DNA of 64,000 nt from an uncultured Chloroflexia bacterium (GCA_963704535.1 OY969916.1:3830841-3894840); one strand, 5' to 3'; shown: positions 30,307 to 40,799, counted from the stretch's first letter. Numbers and translations: made by a program. Notes: a model not told the origin generated them from the sequence alone.

Positions 30307-30794
30307 CACGACCAAAAGATGCGGAGGAGCAGGAAATCTACTACAGCGGCAAGCAGAAAGACCATACCATCAAGAATGTGCTCATTGTGGATGCGGCTGG
30401 GCGTATTTGGTTTTTGAGCGCCACATATGCCGGCAAAGTTCACGATAAACGGATTGCGGATGAAGCCCAATATCGGCTGCCGGAAGGCAGCGTGTTGGGG
30501 CAAGATAGTGGATTTCAGGGTTTCACACTGCCGGATGTGTTCATCCTCCAACCAAAAAAGAAGCCACGCAACGGCACGCTGACCGAGGACGAGAAAGCAG
30601 AGAATCGCTGGATCTCGCACATCAGAGTGCTGGTCGAGCATAGTATCGGTGGTGTGAAAGTCTATCGGATAGTTCACGATGTAATTCGTCACTGGTGTCC
30701 TTCCATCCGCGATCAGGTAATGCAGATTTGCTGTGGCCTCTACAATCTGCGGCTACGTCATCAGATGGCGGATACAAGCCTATCTGAATCTTGA
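30141..30794 (+). CDS. IS5-family transposase OrfB (DDE_Tnp_4/Harbinger-like DDE domain), probably expressed as OrfAB by a programmed -1 frameshift at CCCTTTTTTC (~30259-30268)
   Basis: The genuine DDE region begins at ~CHDATERPIARPKDAEEQEIYYSGKQKDHTIKN. The upstream part of this frame is Arg-rich junk. The slippery T-run sits at the point where the two frames exchange sense. Confidence 0.65.
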   Translation: MGAAITGYLERCLGRPTAVASTQRSRTGSAVTRRNARTRSRGSPFFCHDATERPIARPKDAEEQEIYYSGKQKDHTIKNVLIVDAAGRIWFLSATYAGKVHDKRIADEAQYRLPEGSVLGQDSGFQGFTLPDVFILQPKKKPRNGTLTEDEKAENRWISHIRVLVEHSIGGVKVYRIVHDVIRHWCPSIRDQVMQICCGLYNLRLRHQMADTSLSES

Positions 30795-30977
30795 TAATGT
30801 CTCATGAACAGGCGGCGAAACAAAACCCCCGCCGCGATGAACGCAACGAGGGCGATGCTTTTTACAGCGTGTTTGCGCTGGAAATCGGCGCCTGAGAGCA
30901 AAACAAATGCTGCTACAGCCACAAGACTATAGCAGCATTCATTCAGGTGTTGGAAAGGTGTTGCCGCCCCTACTCTG

Positions 30978-33023
30978 CTAGTTTGCCCCGTTCACCGGTT
31001 TGAGCGGTGTGGTCGGCGTTGTGGCCGGAGCGACAGGCGCGTCCTTGGGCGGCTCGGCCAGTAGGCGCTGCACAATCTGGTCACGCATCGCAGCGACCTC
31101 CGGCCGTGAAGCGTTGGCATTGCCACCGCTGTTGACCTGCACGCCCATCTTCTCGGAGAGCAGCATGGCCAGCAGCCCCTCCATCAAGCTGCTGCCGCTT
31201 GAAGCGCCGTTGCCGTTTCCACCACCCGAGATCGAGATGCGCGGCACCACATCCACCTTCGCCGCCTCGATCGCCTCGGCGAAGCGGTTCATCACCTGCT
31301 GGGTGACCTGGAACTGCGGTCCACCATAGGCGCGGACTTTCTCTTCGATCGCGATTGCCTCGGCAATACCCACACGCGCTGCCTTCTCGGCCTCCGCCTC
31401 GGCGAGTGTCCGAATGGTAGCGGCTTGCTGCACTGCACGCTGATAGTCGGCCTTGCCCTGGTTGCCCTGGACGGTAATGCTGATTTCCGACTCGGTGAGC
31501 GCCTGCTGCTGGCGGGCGCGCGACTCGGCCTCGCGTAGCTCGCGCTCCTTGACCGCCGCCTTCTCCTGACGATTGTAGGTTTCAATCTGCTCTTCAGCGA
31601 TTTGCCGCGACCGCAACTGCGTCAGGATTTGTTCGATCTTCTGGTCCCCGGCTGATGAGGCCGGTGTACCAATTAAGACCTCTTCAAGCTCCAGATTGTA
31701 GCGGGCAAATTTCTCGCGCATCTGCTCACCCGCCAAACTCTGGATGACACTGCGCTCCTGAATGAGCTGAATAAGTGTCCTCACCTGCCCGACGTTTTTA
31801 AAATATGCACTTACCATTGGGTCAAGGGTCTGCTCGACTAGCCGCTTGACATCGCCGAAGCGCTGAATAACGAGCGGTGCCTGCCGATAGTCGATATGCA
31901 CGACGACTGAGAGCGGCAGCGATGGCTCGAAGGCGTCCTTGGTGATGAGCGAGATTTCCGATAGGTTCTCATCCAATCGGTGCGCGCCGCTTTCACCCTT
32001 ATTCCACTTGAGGATGATATTGGTCGTCGGCACCGTGAGCACTTTGCCGGCATAGGTGTTGAAGGCGTATTTGCCTGGCAGCAGGGGGGTACTCCACACA
32101 CCACGGCTGCCTTGCTGTACCATTTCGCCGTGCTTATACTCCTCGCCAGAGATATCCACACCGACATCTCCGGTGTACGAGACAACCACGCCCACGTTGC
32201 CGACCTCGACCACCGTTTTCGGTATCATCTCGACGGTGGCAAACAGGCGGTTGATATAGTAGGTACCCTCGACCAACACCTGAAGTTGCCGGCCACGCTG
32301 CCCGCCCGCCGCGAGGAAGCGCTCAGGGTCTTGAAAAGTGTTGTGATAGGTCTCCTGGTCGGCCGATTCGTTGCCGACTGTCGGTGCGATGATCTCCCCC
32401 TGCGGCAGCGAGGGGCCGTCGTGGACGGTGACGATACCGACCAGATCATCGGCGCCCTTGATAATCACCGGCTGGAAGCCGCCACGCTCTTTGATGACCT
32501 CGGCCATGCGCTTGAATGTAGCTTCCTCCTCGCGGCTCAGCGGTAGATAGAAGACGCTATCTTCGGTAATCACCACGAATTCCGCCAGATTTAAGGCATA
32601 CGTACCTTCACGCAAAATCTGGCGTTGCGGCCCTTGTTGCCCGCCGTTTTGCAGAAACGTTCGCACGTCCTGAAAGTTGTTCGCCGTAACATTGGATGCC
32701 AATGACTGTGCGGGCTGGAGCGGTAGCCCATCACGCGCGAAGATGTAGCCAATCTTGCCCTGGGGAATGGTCACGAGTGGGACGCTGTGAATGCGATATT
32801 GGAAGGGGATGAACACGTGCCAGCCGCCACGAAGGACATCAGGCTGGAAACCGGCCTCACCTTTTAGGGCAATAAATCCGGATTTCACCGACCCGTGACC
32901 GCTCACGAGCTTCTCCACAATGCCAACCTTGTTGTTGGGGATGTAGCGGAGGAACCCGGACATGAAGACGACGAGCAGCACGACACCGATGACGATCGCG
33001 GGGATCAACAGTAGCCCTGACAT
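30978..33023 (-). CDS. Flotillin/SPFH-family protein (YqiK/FloT-like), full length 681 aa, carried inside the element
   Basis: It has an N-terminal TM helix, an SPFH domain, an EA-rich coiled-coil (AEAEAEKAARV) and a Gly-rich C-terminus. It is ~95 % identical and collinear to the two split halves that flank the element. Confidence 0.8.
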   Translation of the reverse strand: MSGLLLIPAIVIGVVLLVVFMSGFLRYIPNNKVGIVEKLVSGHGSVKSGFIALKGEAGFQPDVLRGGWHVFIPFQYRIHSVPLVTIPQGKIGYIFARDGLPLQPAQSLASNVTANNFQDVRTFLQNGGQQGPQRQILREGTYALNLAEFVVITEDSVFYLPLSREEEATFKRMAEVIKERGGFQPVIIKGADDLVGIVTVHDGPSLPQGEIIAPTVGNESADQETYHNTFQDPERFLAAGGQRGRQLQVLVEGTYYINRLFATVEMIPKTVVEVGNVGVVVSYTGDVGVDISGEEYKHGEMVQQGSRGVWSTPLLPGKYAFNTYAGKVLTVPTTNIILKWNKGESGAHRLDENLSEISLITKDAFEPSLPLSVVVHIDYRQAPLVIQRFGDVKRLVEQTLDPMVSAYFKNVGQVRTLIQLIQERSVIQSLAGEQMREKFARYNLELEEVLIGTPASSAGDQKIEQILTQLRSRQIAEEQIETYNRQEKAAVKERELREAESRARQQQALTESEISITVQGNQGKADYQRAVQQAATIRTLAEAEAEKAARVGIAEAIAIEEKVRAYGGPQFQVTQQVMNRFAEAIEAAKVDVVPRISISGGGNGNGASSGSSLMEGLLAMLLSEKMGVQVNSGGNANASRPEVAAMRDQIVQRLLAEPPKDAPVAPATTPTTPLKPVNGAN

Positions 33024-33479
33024 GGCCTACTTCCTTTCTGGGAGTGCCGAGTTCGACACTGGCAAGGCGTCAGTGTTTGGCACATGAGTATATACGGAAT
33101 GCCGGCAGTGCGGTTGCATCATTCATTGCAGGAGTGTAGCGGTTTGAACAACACCCACACTATAAACGTTCGGCAGGCTATAATTTAGATGGGTACGTCA
33201 ACGTTCTACGCAGCTTTACTTTGCGTCATTCCTACACTAAGCAGCACAAAGGCTTCCAATGTAAAATCGATGCTTCGTGATCTGTTTTCTAATGTCCAAA
33301 AGTAAAGAAACGCACGAAAGTCACTACCACACGTAGTAGAATAGATCATAAAAAAGCTACGGCTCACGAAGAACCGTAGCTTATCATTGGCCCCATCTCG
33401 CATGCCGAAGATTGGGACTACGCCGTTACCCCTGTCTCTCACAAGCTGAGTTGTTGAGCGCAGACAGGGGCGCCGCTGT

Positions 33480-33839
33480 CTAGCCCATCGGGCTCACCAA
33501 TTGAAAGTAGTTGCCATCCGGATCGGCCAAGGTCGCTATCCATCCGCCGCCCATTTCATAGGGTGCCTTGATTACCACGCCGCCAAGCGCTTTGATCCGC
33601 TCGAACTCCTCCTTGACCTGGCTGGTCTCAAAATTAAGCATCACCCGTCCGGGGTCCTTGGCGTTCCCTCCCATTTCGGAATGCTCTAAGACCGACAGAT
33701 ACGCACTGCCGACTTGCCAGCCATAGAAGCCATTCTCACTATCAACCATGTCGGCCGGCTTTCCGATGACCTTCTCATAGAAGTTCGCCAACTCCTTCGG
33801 TTGTTTGGTTCCGAGCATGACCGAATTCAAATTCAACAT
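33480..33839 (-). CDS. VOC/glyoxalase-bleomycin-resistance family protein
   Basis: It is 119 aa, reading MLNLNSVMLGT...GWQVG...ATLADPDGNYFQLV, a typical VOC βαβββ layout. Confidence 0.6.
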   Translation of the reverse strand: MLNLNSVMLGTKQPKELANFYEKVIGKPADMVDSENGFYGWQVGSAYLSVLEHSEMGGNAKDPGRVMLNFETSQVKEEFERIKALGGVVIKAPYEMGGGWIATLADPDGNYFQLVSPMG

Positions 33840-34063
33840 GCTGAACCTCTCCTTTCTGCAAGATTATCCATGCCACCACTCGCGATAGAAGAACGTCTGT
33901 TCTCCTATGATACCATGTACGTCAAGGTACAATCCAGAAGACGGCTCTACTCTTTCCGAGATGGTATTTGGTTGGCGTTAAATCTGTGCTGCTAGGAGCA
34001 GCAATGTGTTGTACTGACCCTATGCAGCGCGAAGGAGTATCGTTGCTGTGAAAGAAAACACAA

Positions 34064-34912
34064 GTGTTTGTTGACTGTTTTCTCTATTCCAAGAATGTGG
34101 GCCAAACCCGCACGCTCATCCAGCTCATTCAGGAGCGCAGCGTCATCCAGAGCCTGTCGAGCGAGCAGATGCGCGAAAAGTTTGCCCGCTACAACCTGGA
34201 ACTGGAGGAGGTCTTGATTGGCACGCCGGGCTCGTCGCACGGCGACAGCAAGATCGAACAAATCTTGACGCAACTTCGCTCGCGGCAAATCGCCGAAGAG
34301 CAGATTGAAACCTACAATCGCCAGGAGAAGGCGGCGGTCAAGGAGCGCGAGCTGCGCGAGGCCGAGTCGCGCGCCCGCCAGCAGCAGGCGCTCACCGAGT
34401 CGGAAATCAGCATTACCGTCCAAGGCAACCAGGGTAAGGCCGATTACCAGCGCGCGCTTCAGCAGGCAGCCACCATTCGAGCACTCGCCGAGGCGGAAGC
34501 CGAGAAGGCAGCGCGTGTGGGTATTGCCGAGGCAATCGCGATCGAAGAGAAAGTCCGCGCCTATGGTGGACCGCAGTTCCAGGTCACCCAGCAGGTGATG
34601 AATCGCTTCGCCGAGGCGATCGAGGCGGCAAAGGTGGACGTGGTGCCGCGCATCTCGATTTCCGGTGGCGGAAGCGGCAACGGCGCTTCAAGCGGCAGCA
34701 GCCTGATGGAGGGGCTGCTGGCCATGCTGCTCTCCGAGAAGATGGGCGTGCAGGTCAACAGCGGTGGCAATGCCAACGCTTCACGGCCGGAGGTCGCCGC
34801 GATGCGTGACCAAATTGTGCAGCGCCTGATGGCCGAGCCGCCGAAAGACGCGCCTGCCACTCCGGCTACAACTCCGACCACACCGCTCAAGCCGGTGAAC
34901 GGGGCAAACTAG
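34064..34912 (+). pseudogene. Flotillin C-terminal 282-aa fragment; the 3' half of the gene interrupted by the element
   Basis: It continues ...KNVGQTRTLIQLIQERSVIQ... from the 1229..2461 fragment. It is 95 % identical to residues ~410-681 of the internal paralog. Confidence 0.7.
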
Positions 34913-35032
34913 TACGCTAGCGACATTCAAGGTCCTTTCCAACACCTGAATGAATACTGCTACAGCTTTTGAAGCTGTAGCAGTATTTGTTTCGGCGCTA
35001 TACGATCCGTGGCGGCAACTCGATAGCGCGTC

Positions 35033-36740
35033 ATGTGGTATGATATACTTCCTTTAACGAACGACGGATCGGGAAGGCCTCCTATGCTCCAGCGTCTGTT
35101 CAAATGGGGCAAAACGTCTACCAGGCAGACGGCGCAGCTTGGGCGCGAGTTCAAAGTGGGCGATGTCGTCGAGCAGCGCTTTGAAGTCGAGCAGGTGCGC
35201 CGCGGCTACATGGGCATCGTCTATATTTCCTACGATCGCCAGCGCCGCCAGCGCGTAGTCCTGAAGACGTTTCAAAATAAATTCCTGTGGGATGATCAGG
35301 CGATCGCCCGCTTCAACGCCGAGGCCGAGCTCTGGATTCGGCTTGGCAGCCATGCCAATATCGTCCGCGCCTACGACCTGCGCACCTTCCTCGGCAAGCC
35401 CCACGTCGTCGCCGAGTATGTCCACGGCGGCCCGGTTCGCGCGCTGGTCGGCCACCTGAAGCTCCAGGAGGCGATCGATTACGCCATCCAGGTGTGCTGG
35501 GGGATGACCCACGCCGTCGAGCACGCCGCGATCATGCACCGCGATCTTAAGCCGGACAATATCATGGTCACGCTGGACGGCCAGGTCAAGGTCACAGATT
35601 TTGGGTTGGCCAGGGTCTTGCCGATCTGGCAATGGGCCGAGCACCTCCGCTCCGCCCACAGCCAGGCCTCCCGCATGCGCGCCCAGACCGCGCCCGATGT
35701 TCTTGGCGGCACGCTGCCGTATATGGCGCCCGAGTTGCTCCAGGAGTCGCCCTACATCGGCACCTGGACGGACATCTACGCATTCGGCGTGATGCTCTAC
35801 GAGTTTTTCACCGGCAAGCTGCCGTTTGAACTCGATGCGCGATGAGTCGCTCGTTCGGATGCACCTCAATGTCGCCCCACCCGACCCGCGCAAGTTCAAG
35901 CCGCAGTTGGACGAGGAGATCGGGCGCATCGTGCTGCGCTGCCTGGAGAAGCGGCCGTTCGAGCGCTTTCAGAACTTCCGTGAGGTCGAGGCCGAGCTAC
36001 AGGCGCTGCGTGAGCGGCTCTTCCAGCGGCACTATACCGTTGTCTGGCCTGCCGGCGACAGCGCGGAGCGCGAGCACCTGACCGAACGCGGGCTGGCGCA
36101 TATGGAGTTGGGCGAGTATAGCGAGGCGTTGAGTTCCTTCCGCCAGGCGCTGATGCTCGATAAGAACCGGCCCGACGGCTGGCTCAACCTGGCCCGCGCG
36201 CGCCTCAAGCTTTGGCAGTACAACGAGGCGCTCCACGCGGCCGAGGAGGGCCTCCAGCGGGCGGTCAGCCGCAACGAGTTCGGCCAGCTTTACGGCGTCT
36301 GCGGCGAGACCTACGCGGCGATGTTGATGCCTGAACAGGCGATGGAGGCGTACGACAAGGGACTCTCCTATACTCCCAGCGCGCCCAGTCTGTGGCGCCA
36401 GCGTGGGGTGTTGTGGCAGCGGATGGGAATGCTGCGCGAGGCGCGCCAATGCCTTGAGCGAGCCCTCTCCTTCGACAAGCTCGACTCCCTGTCCTGGCGG
36501 CTGCTCGGCGACGTCCTCTACGAGGAGGAGCGAGCCAAGCGGGCCTACAAGGCCTATACCGAGTCACTCAAGCTCGATCCGCGCTCGGCGGTCGGGTGGG
36601 CGCGCTATGGCACTTGCCAGCTCAAGCTTGCCCGATCGAAGTCGGCGCTGCGCTCCTTCGAGATGGCCCTCAAGCTGGACCCCGATCTGGAAGAGGCCCA
36701 CGCCGGCCTACGCACGACGCGCCAGATCCTCGGCAAGTGA
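35033..36740 (+). CDS. Ser/Thr protein kinase with C-terminal TPR repeats; a single apparent frameshift at ~35826-35845 splits it into two ORFs
   Basis: The kinase signatures are HRDLKPDNIMV, DFGLAR and TLPYMAPE. The first frame stops at ...KLPFELDAR*. The second frame continues with the kinase C-lobe and TPRs. Confidence 0.75.
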
Positions 36741-36933
36741 TCCCGACCGGCATCCGCATCGTCATTGCCCGCTCCTCCTCGCTCTGCTATAATACCGCCC
36801 ACGATACCGGCACTTGATGAATGACGGAGGGGCATGCGGGCACCGGCCCGCAACACAACCTCACCGACATTCTTGTAATGAGCCACGAGCGTACCCGCTC
36901 TGGTCCTTGGTTCGTCGAAGGAGGCCAGGTTAT

Positions 36934-38175
36934 ATGCAACGGCGTGTCGTCGTGACGGGGATGGGCGCGGTGAGCCCGCTTGGGCTGGATGTCCCCACGC
37001 TCTGGCAGGGGATATGCACAGCCGCCAGCGGTGTCGGCCCCGTGACCCTGTGCGAGACCGAGGGGCTGGAGTCGCGGATCGCCGGCGAGGTCAAGGGGTT
37101 TGAGCCGCAGAATTACATGGATCGCAAAGAGATCCGCCGGAACGACCGATTCATCCATTTCGCGATCGCCGCGGCGGCCGAGGCGCTGCGCTCGGCCGAG
37201 CTGGCGATCACACCCGAAAACGCCGAGGAAATCGGCGCGATCATCGGCAGCGGCATCGGCGGGATCGGGACGTTCTCCGAGGGCCACGCGACCCTGCGCG
37301 ACCGTGGTCCCGGTCGTGTCAGCCCGTTTCTGGTGCCCGCGATGATCACCAATATGGCCGCCGGGCAGGTGTCGATCCTGTATGGGCTCAAAGGCCCTAA
37401 CTTCTGCCCGACCTCGGCCTGCGCCACCGGCGCTCACGCGATCGGCGAGGCCGCCGAAATAATCCGGCGCGGCTGGGCCAAGGCCATAGTCGCCGGTGGC
37501 AGCGAGGCGCCGATTACGCGGCTCGGCATCGCCGCGTTCGTCAGCGCCCGCGCGATCTCGACCCGCAACGACGACCCAGCCACGGCCTCGCGCCCGTTCG
37601 ATGCCACCCGCGACGGCTTCGTGCTCTCCGAGGGCTGCGCCTTGCTGGTTCTGGAGGATCTTGAGCACGCCCTGGCCCGCGGCGCCCGTATCCTGGGCGA
37701 GGTCGTCGGCTACGGCCTCTCGGCCGACGCCTATCACATCACGCAGCCGCCCCCCGGCGGGGAGGGCGCGCTGCGAGCGATGCGGATGGCCCTAAAGACC
37801 GCTGGCCTCTCGCCCGACGACATCGGCTACATCAACGCCCACGGCACCAGCACGTCGGTCGGCGATATCGCCGAGACCAGGGCGATTAAGAGCTTGCTCG
37901 GCGAGCGCGCGGCGAGCGTGCCGGTTAGCTCCAGTAAGTCGCAGTTTGGGCACCTGATCGGCGCCGCCGGCTCGATCGAAGCGATCGTCACGATCCTGGC
38001 GATCCAGAATGATCTGCTGCCGCCGACAATCAATTATGTGACCCCTGATCCGCAATGCGACCTGGACTATGTCCCGAACGCCGCGCGTCCCAGCCGGATC
38101 GACATTGCCCTGAGCAATTCTTTTGGTTTCGGTGGGCACAATGTCTCGCTGATCTTCCGTCGCTACTCAGCGTAA
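36934..38175 (+). CDS. fabF: 3-oxoacyl-[ACP] synthase II (β-ketoacyl-ACP synthase II)
   Basis: The N-terminus reads MQRRVVVTGMGAVSPLG. An active-site Cys lies in PTSACATGAH, and a His in HGTSTSVGD..GHLIGAAG. The RBS is GGAGG at 36921. The track ORF from 36814 is over-extended. Confidence 0.9.
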   Translation: MQRRVVVTGMGAVSPLGLDVPTLWQGICTAASGVGPVTLCETEGLESRIAGEVKGFEPQNYMDRKEIRRNDRFIHFAIAAAAEALRSAELAITPENAEEIGAIIGSGIGGIGTFSEGHATLRDRGPGRVSPFLVPAMITNMAAGQVSILYGLKGPNFCPTSACATGAHAIGEAAEIIRRGWAKAIVAGGSEAPITRLGIAAFVSARAISTRNDDPATASRPFDATRDGFVLSEGCALLVLEDLEHALARGARILGEVVGYGLSADAYHITQPPPGGEGALRAMRMALKTAGLSPDDIGYINAHGTSTSVGDIAETRAIKSLLGERAASVPVSSSKSQFGHLIGAAGSIEAIVTILAIQNDLLPPTINYVTPDPQCDLDYVPNAARPSRIDIALSNSFGFGGHNVSLIFRRYSA

Positions 38176-38183
38176 CCAGGCAG

Positions 38184-38229
38184 GAAAAAGGGGGTTTGAG
38201 GGGGCAGCCCCCTCAGTCTCCCCCACCCA
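38184..38229. repeat. Core palindrome of a REP/MITE-like repeat family (GGAAAAAGGGGGTTTGAGGGGGCAGCCCCCTCAGTCTCCCCC)
   Basis: The same ~45-bp GC-rich palindromic core recurs at 39014, 43105, 44187 and 61862. Confidence 0.6.
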
Positions 38230-38235
38230 CACGAG

Positions 38236-38958
38236 ATGCCGTCACTAAACACATTGATCCAGCGCCTGGACGTGACGTTCGCCGATCAGCGGCTCTTGCG
38301 GAGTGCGCTGGTGCATCGCTCGTTTGTACACGAACATCCCGATCAGGCGCTCGATCTCGTCGATAGTGAGCGGCTGGAGTTCCTCGGCGACGCGATCTTG
38401 AACTTCCTCACAGCCACGCTCCTGTTTGAGCGCTTCCCCGATCGTGGCGAAGGTGAGCTGACCGGCCTACGCTCGGCACTGGTGAAGACCAGCACACTGG
38501 CCGGCTTCGCCCGTGACCTTAACATCGGCGCCTATATTCAGCTCAGCAAAGGTGAGGAGCAGAGTGGCGCTCGTGAGCGCGCGGCCCTGCTGGCCGATAC
38601 GTTTGAAGCCTTACTCGCAGCGGTCTATCTAGATCGCGGTCTGGACGCCGCCCGCGCCTTCGTCTCGCCCTTTCTTGAGCACCAGATTGAGCGGATCACC
38701 ACCCACGGCCTGGCGCTTGACTACAAAAGCCGCCTCCAGGAGTGGATTCAGGCCGAGCGGAATATCACCCCGCGCTACCGGATCATTTCGGTTGTCGGCC
38801 CGGATCATCGGCGCGAGTTTACCGTCGAGGTACACGCCGGCGATGCGCTGCTGGGAAGCGGCCAAGGCGGGAGCAAGCAAGCCGCGACTCAGGCAGCCGC
38901 CCAGGCGGCGCTTGAGCAGCTCAACACAACCAGTACTCAGAGTGTTGGAGATGAGTGA
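38236..38958 (+). CDS. rnc: Ribonuclease III
   Basis: It has the RNase III signature ERLEFLGDA and a C-terminal dsRBD. It follows fabF, which is a conserved linkage. Confidence 0.9.
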   Translation: MPSLNTLIQRLDVTFADQRLLRSALVHRSFVHEHPDQALDLVDSERLEFLGDAILNFLTATLLFERFPDRGEGELTGLRSALVKTSTLAGFARDLNIGAYIQLSKGEEQSGARERAALLADTFEALLAAVYLDRGLDAARAFVSPFLEHQIERITTHGLALDYKSRLQEWIQAERNITPRYRIISVVGPDHRREFTVEVHAGDALLGSGQGGSKQAATQAAAQAALEQLNTTSTQSVGDE

Positions 38959-38974
38959 TTGAAGGTGGATGCTT

Positions 38975-39091
38975 AGACAAGGTTTCGGAAGATGCTGTTC
39001 GACTTTACAATGTGGGTGGGGGAGACTGAGGGGGCAGCCCCCTCAAACCCCCTTTTTCCAGAACTGTAAAGCACCAAGGAACCATGTCTTA
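38975..39091. repeat. MITE-like element (~117 bp) with terminal inverted repeats AGACAAGGTT / AACC(A/T)TGTCT and the palindromic core
   Basis: It has the TIRs, the central palindrome and a ttacaa/ttgtaaag sub-repeat. Its right end overlaps the start codon of the downstream reductase gene. Confidence 0.55.
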
Positions 39092-39933
39092 TGCGCGTAC
39101 TGATCACAGGAGGCTCCGGGTATCTCGGGTCCGAGATCGTCGGCCAGGCGCTAGCTGCGGGCTGGGAAGTCGTTGCCACGTACTTTTCGCGGCGCCCCAC
39201 GAGCCCTGGCGCGCAGTATCTGCCGTTGGATATTCGCGATGCGCCGGATGTCGAGCAGGCTTTCGCCGACATCCGTCCCGATATCGTCATTCATACGGCC
39301 TACCGCCAGGCTGGCCCCGACCTCTGGTCGGCGACCGTCGATGGGTCAAGCATCATCGCGCTAGCGGCGCGGCAGCTTGGCGCCAGCCTGATCCATCTCT
39401 CCAGCGATGTCATTTTCGATGGCGAGGGCCAGCGGTGGTATACCGAGCAGGATGATCCCCGCCCGATCACCCCGTACGGCGAGGCCAAGGTCGCCGCCGA
39501 GCACCGTGTTGCCGCCGCGCACCCAGGCGCGCTGATCGTCCGAACCTCGCTGATCTACGGCGGTGCCGAGCCTAGTAAGCACGAGCAATTGGTGCTCGAC
39601 GCCGCCGATGGCCACGTCGATCCGATCTTTTTCAGCGATGAGCTGCGCTGCCCGATCGCGGTCGGGGATCTGGCCGCAGCTCTGCTGGAGTTGGCGCCGC
39701 TGGATGTGTCCGGGCCATTGCACGTCGCCGGAGCCGAGGCCGCCAGCCGCTATGCGTTCGCGCAATTGGTGGCGGCCGCCCATGGTCGTTCGGCTGACCG
39801 GCTGCGTTCTGGGTTCAGCGCTGCAAGTGGCGTGCGCCGGCCACGCAATTGCGCCCTCGACAGCCGCAAGGCCCAGGCGATGCTGCGAACGCGCCTGCGC
39901 GGGGTGAGCGAAGTACTGAAACCTGACACATAG
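39091..39933 (+). CDS. NAD(P)-dependent sugar-nucleotide reductase/epimerase, RmlD-like (dTDP-4-dehydrorhamnose reductase family)
   Basis: It starts MRVLITGGSGYLGSEIV, a Rossmann GxxGxxG motif. The sequence ...IVIHTAY...Y..K matches the short-chain dehydrogenase/reductase family. Confidence 0.65.
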   Translation: MRVLITGGSGYLGSEIVGQALAAGWEVVATYFSRRPTSPGAQYLPLDIRDAPDVEQAFADIRPDIVIHTAYRQAGPDLWSATVDGSSIIALAARQLGASLIHLSSDVIFDGEGQRWYTEQDDPRPITPYGEAKVAAEHRVAAAHPGALIVRTSLIYGGAEPSKHEQLVLDAADGHVDPIFFSDELRCPIAVGDLAAALLELAPLDVSGPLHVAGAEAASRYAFAQLVAAAHGRSADRLRSGFSAASGVRRPRNCALDSRKAQAMLRTRLRGVSEVLKPDT

Positions 39934-39935
39934 AG

Positions 39936-40607
39936 ATGGAGGAGTTTCCCATGGAGAACACATCAGAATCGCTATCGCACTTGATCGCCGATTTGCATAG
40001 CTCAGATGAATTTGCCCGCGCCCAGGCAGCTTTCGCCCTGGGCATGCTTGGCGAGCCTGCGGTGGCGCCGCTGGTCAAATTGCTCGACAATGGCGACCGT
40101 GACGTGCGGATGCGCGCGGCCTGGGCGCTTGGCGTGATCGGGCAGCCGGCGCTTGGGGCGCTGCTCGATCTCGCCGAAGGCCCGGACCTTGATCTGCGGG
40201 TTGAGGCCATCCGTGTGCTCGGCGTTATTGGCGAAGGGCGCGCGCTGAATCAACTGTTTCACGCACTCGCCGACCCTGACCCTCGCATTGCCCAACGCTC
40301 GGCGACGGCGCTTGGGAAGATCGGTGATCCCCGCGCGTTTCATCCGCTGCTCACCGCCCTGCGCCATCCCTCCCCCGACGTGCGCTACGCGGTATGTATC
40401 GCGCTTGGCCATCTCCACGTCCCCGATGCAACCTCATCGCTGGAAGATCTGGCCCGCGAGGATACCAGCAAAACCTCCTGGGGAGCGTCGGTGGCCGAGG
40501 CCGCGCAACGGGCGATTCAGGAGCTGGCCGCCTCACGGCCCAATCAGGCCGATGTCGAGTTCGCCCGCGTCAGCGCGCTACTTCAACGCCGCGACCCCGA
40601 CGAATAG
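39936..40607 (+). CDS. HEAT-repeat (PBS-lyase-like) protein
   Basis: It has repeated ~30-aa units of the form ...R..AA.ALG.IG.P.A...L...L.D.D..VR. Confidence 0.6.
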   Translation: MEEFPMENTSESLSHLIADLHSSDEFARAQAAFALGMLGEPAVAPLVKLLDNGDRDVRMRAAWALGVIGQPALGALLDLAEGPDLDLRVEAIRVLGVIGEGRALNQLFHALADPDPRIAQRSATALGKIGDPRAFHPLLTALRHPSPDVRYAVCIALGHLHVPDATSSLEDLAREDTSKTSWGASVAEAAQRAIQELAASRPNQADVEFARVSALLQRRDPDE

Positions 40608-40770
40608 CGGCGCTGCGGCCTGCCAAGCCAGCGCGGCACGGCCTGAGAGCTAGAGAGCAGCAGTGGGGCCATATCGAGGCTCTTGACATCTGCTGTGCTC
40701 AGGCTCCCAGAGCCAGGATATTAAGATTGTTAAGATTTTGCCATTCTACGTATTCTGGTGGCCTCCGCCG

Positions 40771-40799
40771 TTGACGCTCTCCATGCTTTCTGCTATAAT
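40771..40799 (+). promoter_or_regulatory. σ70-like promoter (TTGACG-17 bp-TATAAT) ~375 nt upstream of the ABC substrate-binding protein gene
   Basis: It has consensus -35 and -10 hexamers with a 17-bp spacer. A long leader follows. Confidence 0.3.

Larger units (their letters stand above)
29788..30805 (+). mobile_element. IS5-family (IS427-group-like) insertion sequence, intact copy 2
   Basis: It has 13-bp IRs, AGACATTATCAAG and CTTGATAATGTCT, and a 3-bp TSD CAT. It carries two overlapping ORFs with a T6 slippery run at ~30262. Confidence 0.75.
2462..34075. mobile_element. Integrated ~31.6 kb serine-recombinase element (plasmid-like/IME mosaic) inserted within a flotillin gene; boundaries approximate
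   Basis: The left junction is tattttaagaa|ctagaggaattaga and the right junction is ctattccaagaa|tgtgggcc. Both share an aagaa core. The element-side arms form an imperfect inverted repeat (GGAATTAGA / GGAATAGAG). The recombinase gene sits at the left edge. The split halves of the target gene flank the insert at 1229..2461 and 34064..34912. Confidence 0.5.

Noticed and set aside
33206-33442. 78-aa ORF between the internal flotillin gene and the VOC gene
   Set aside because: It is a short ORF in a likely promoter/5' region of the flotillin gene and has no supporting features.
36787-37737. 316-aa minus-strand ORF overlapping fabF
   Set aside because: It is antisense to a textbook FabF sequence and is an artefact.
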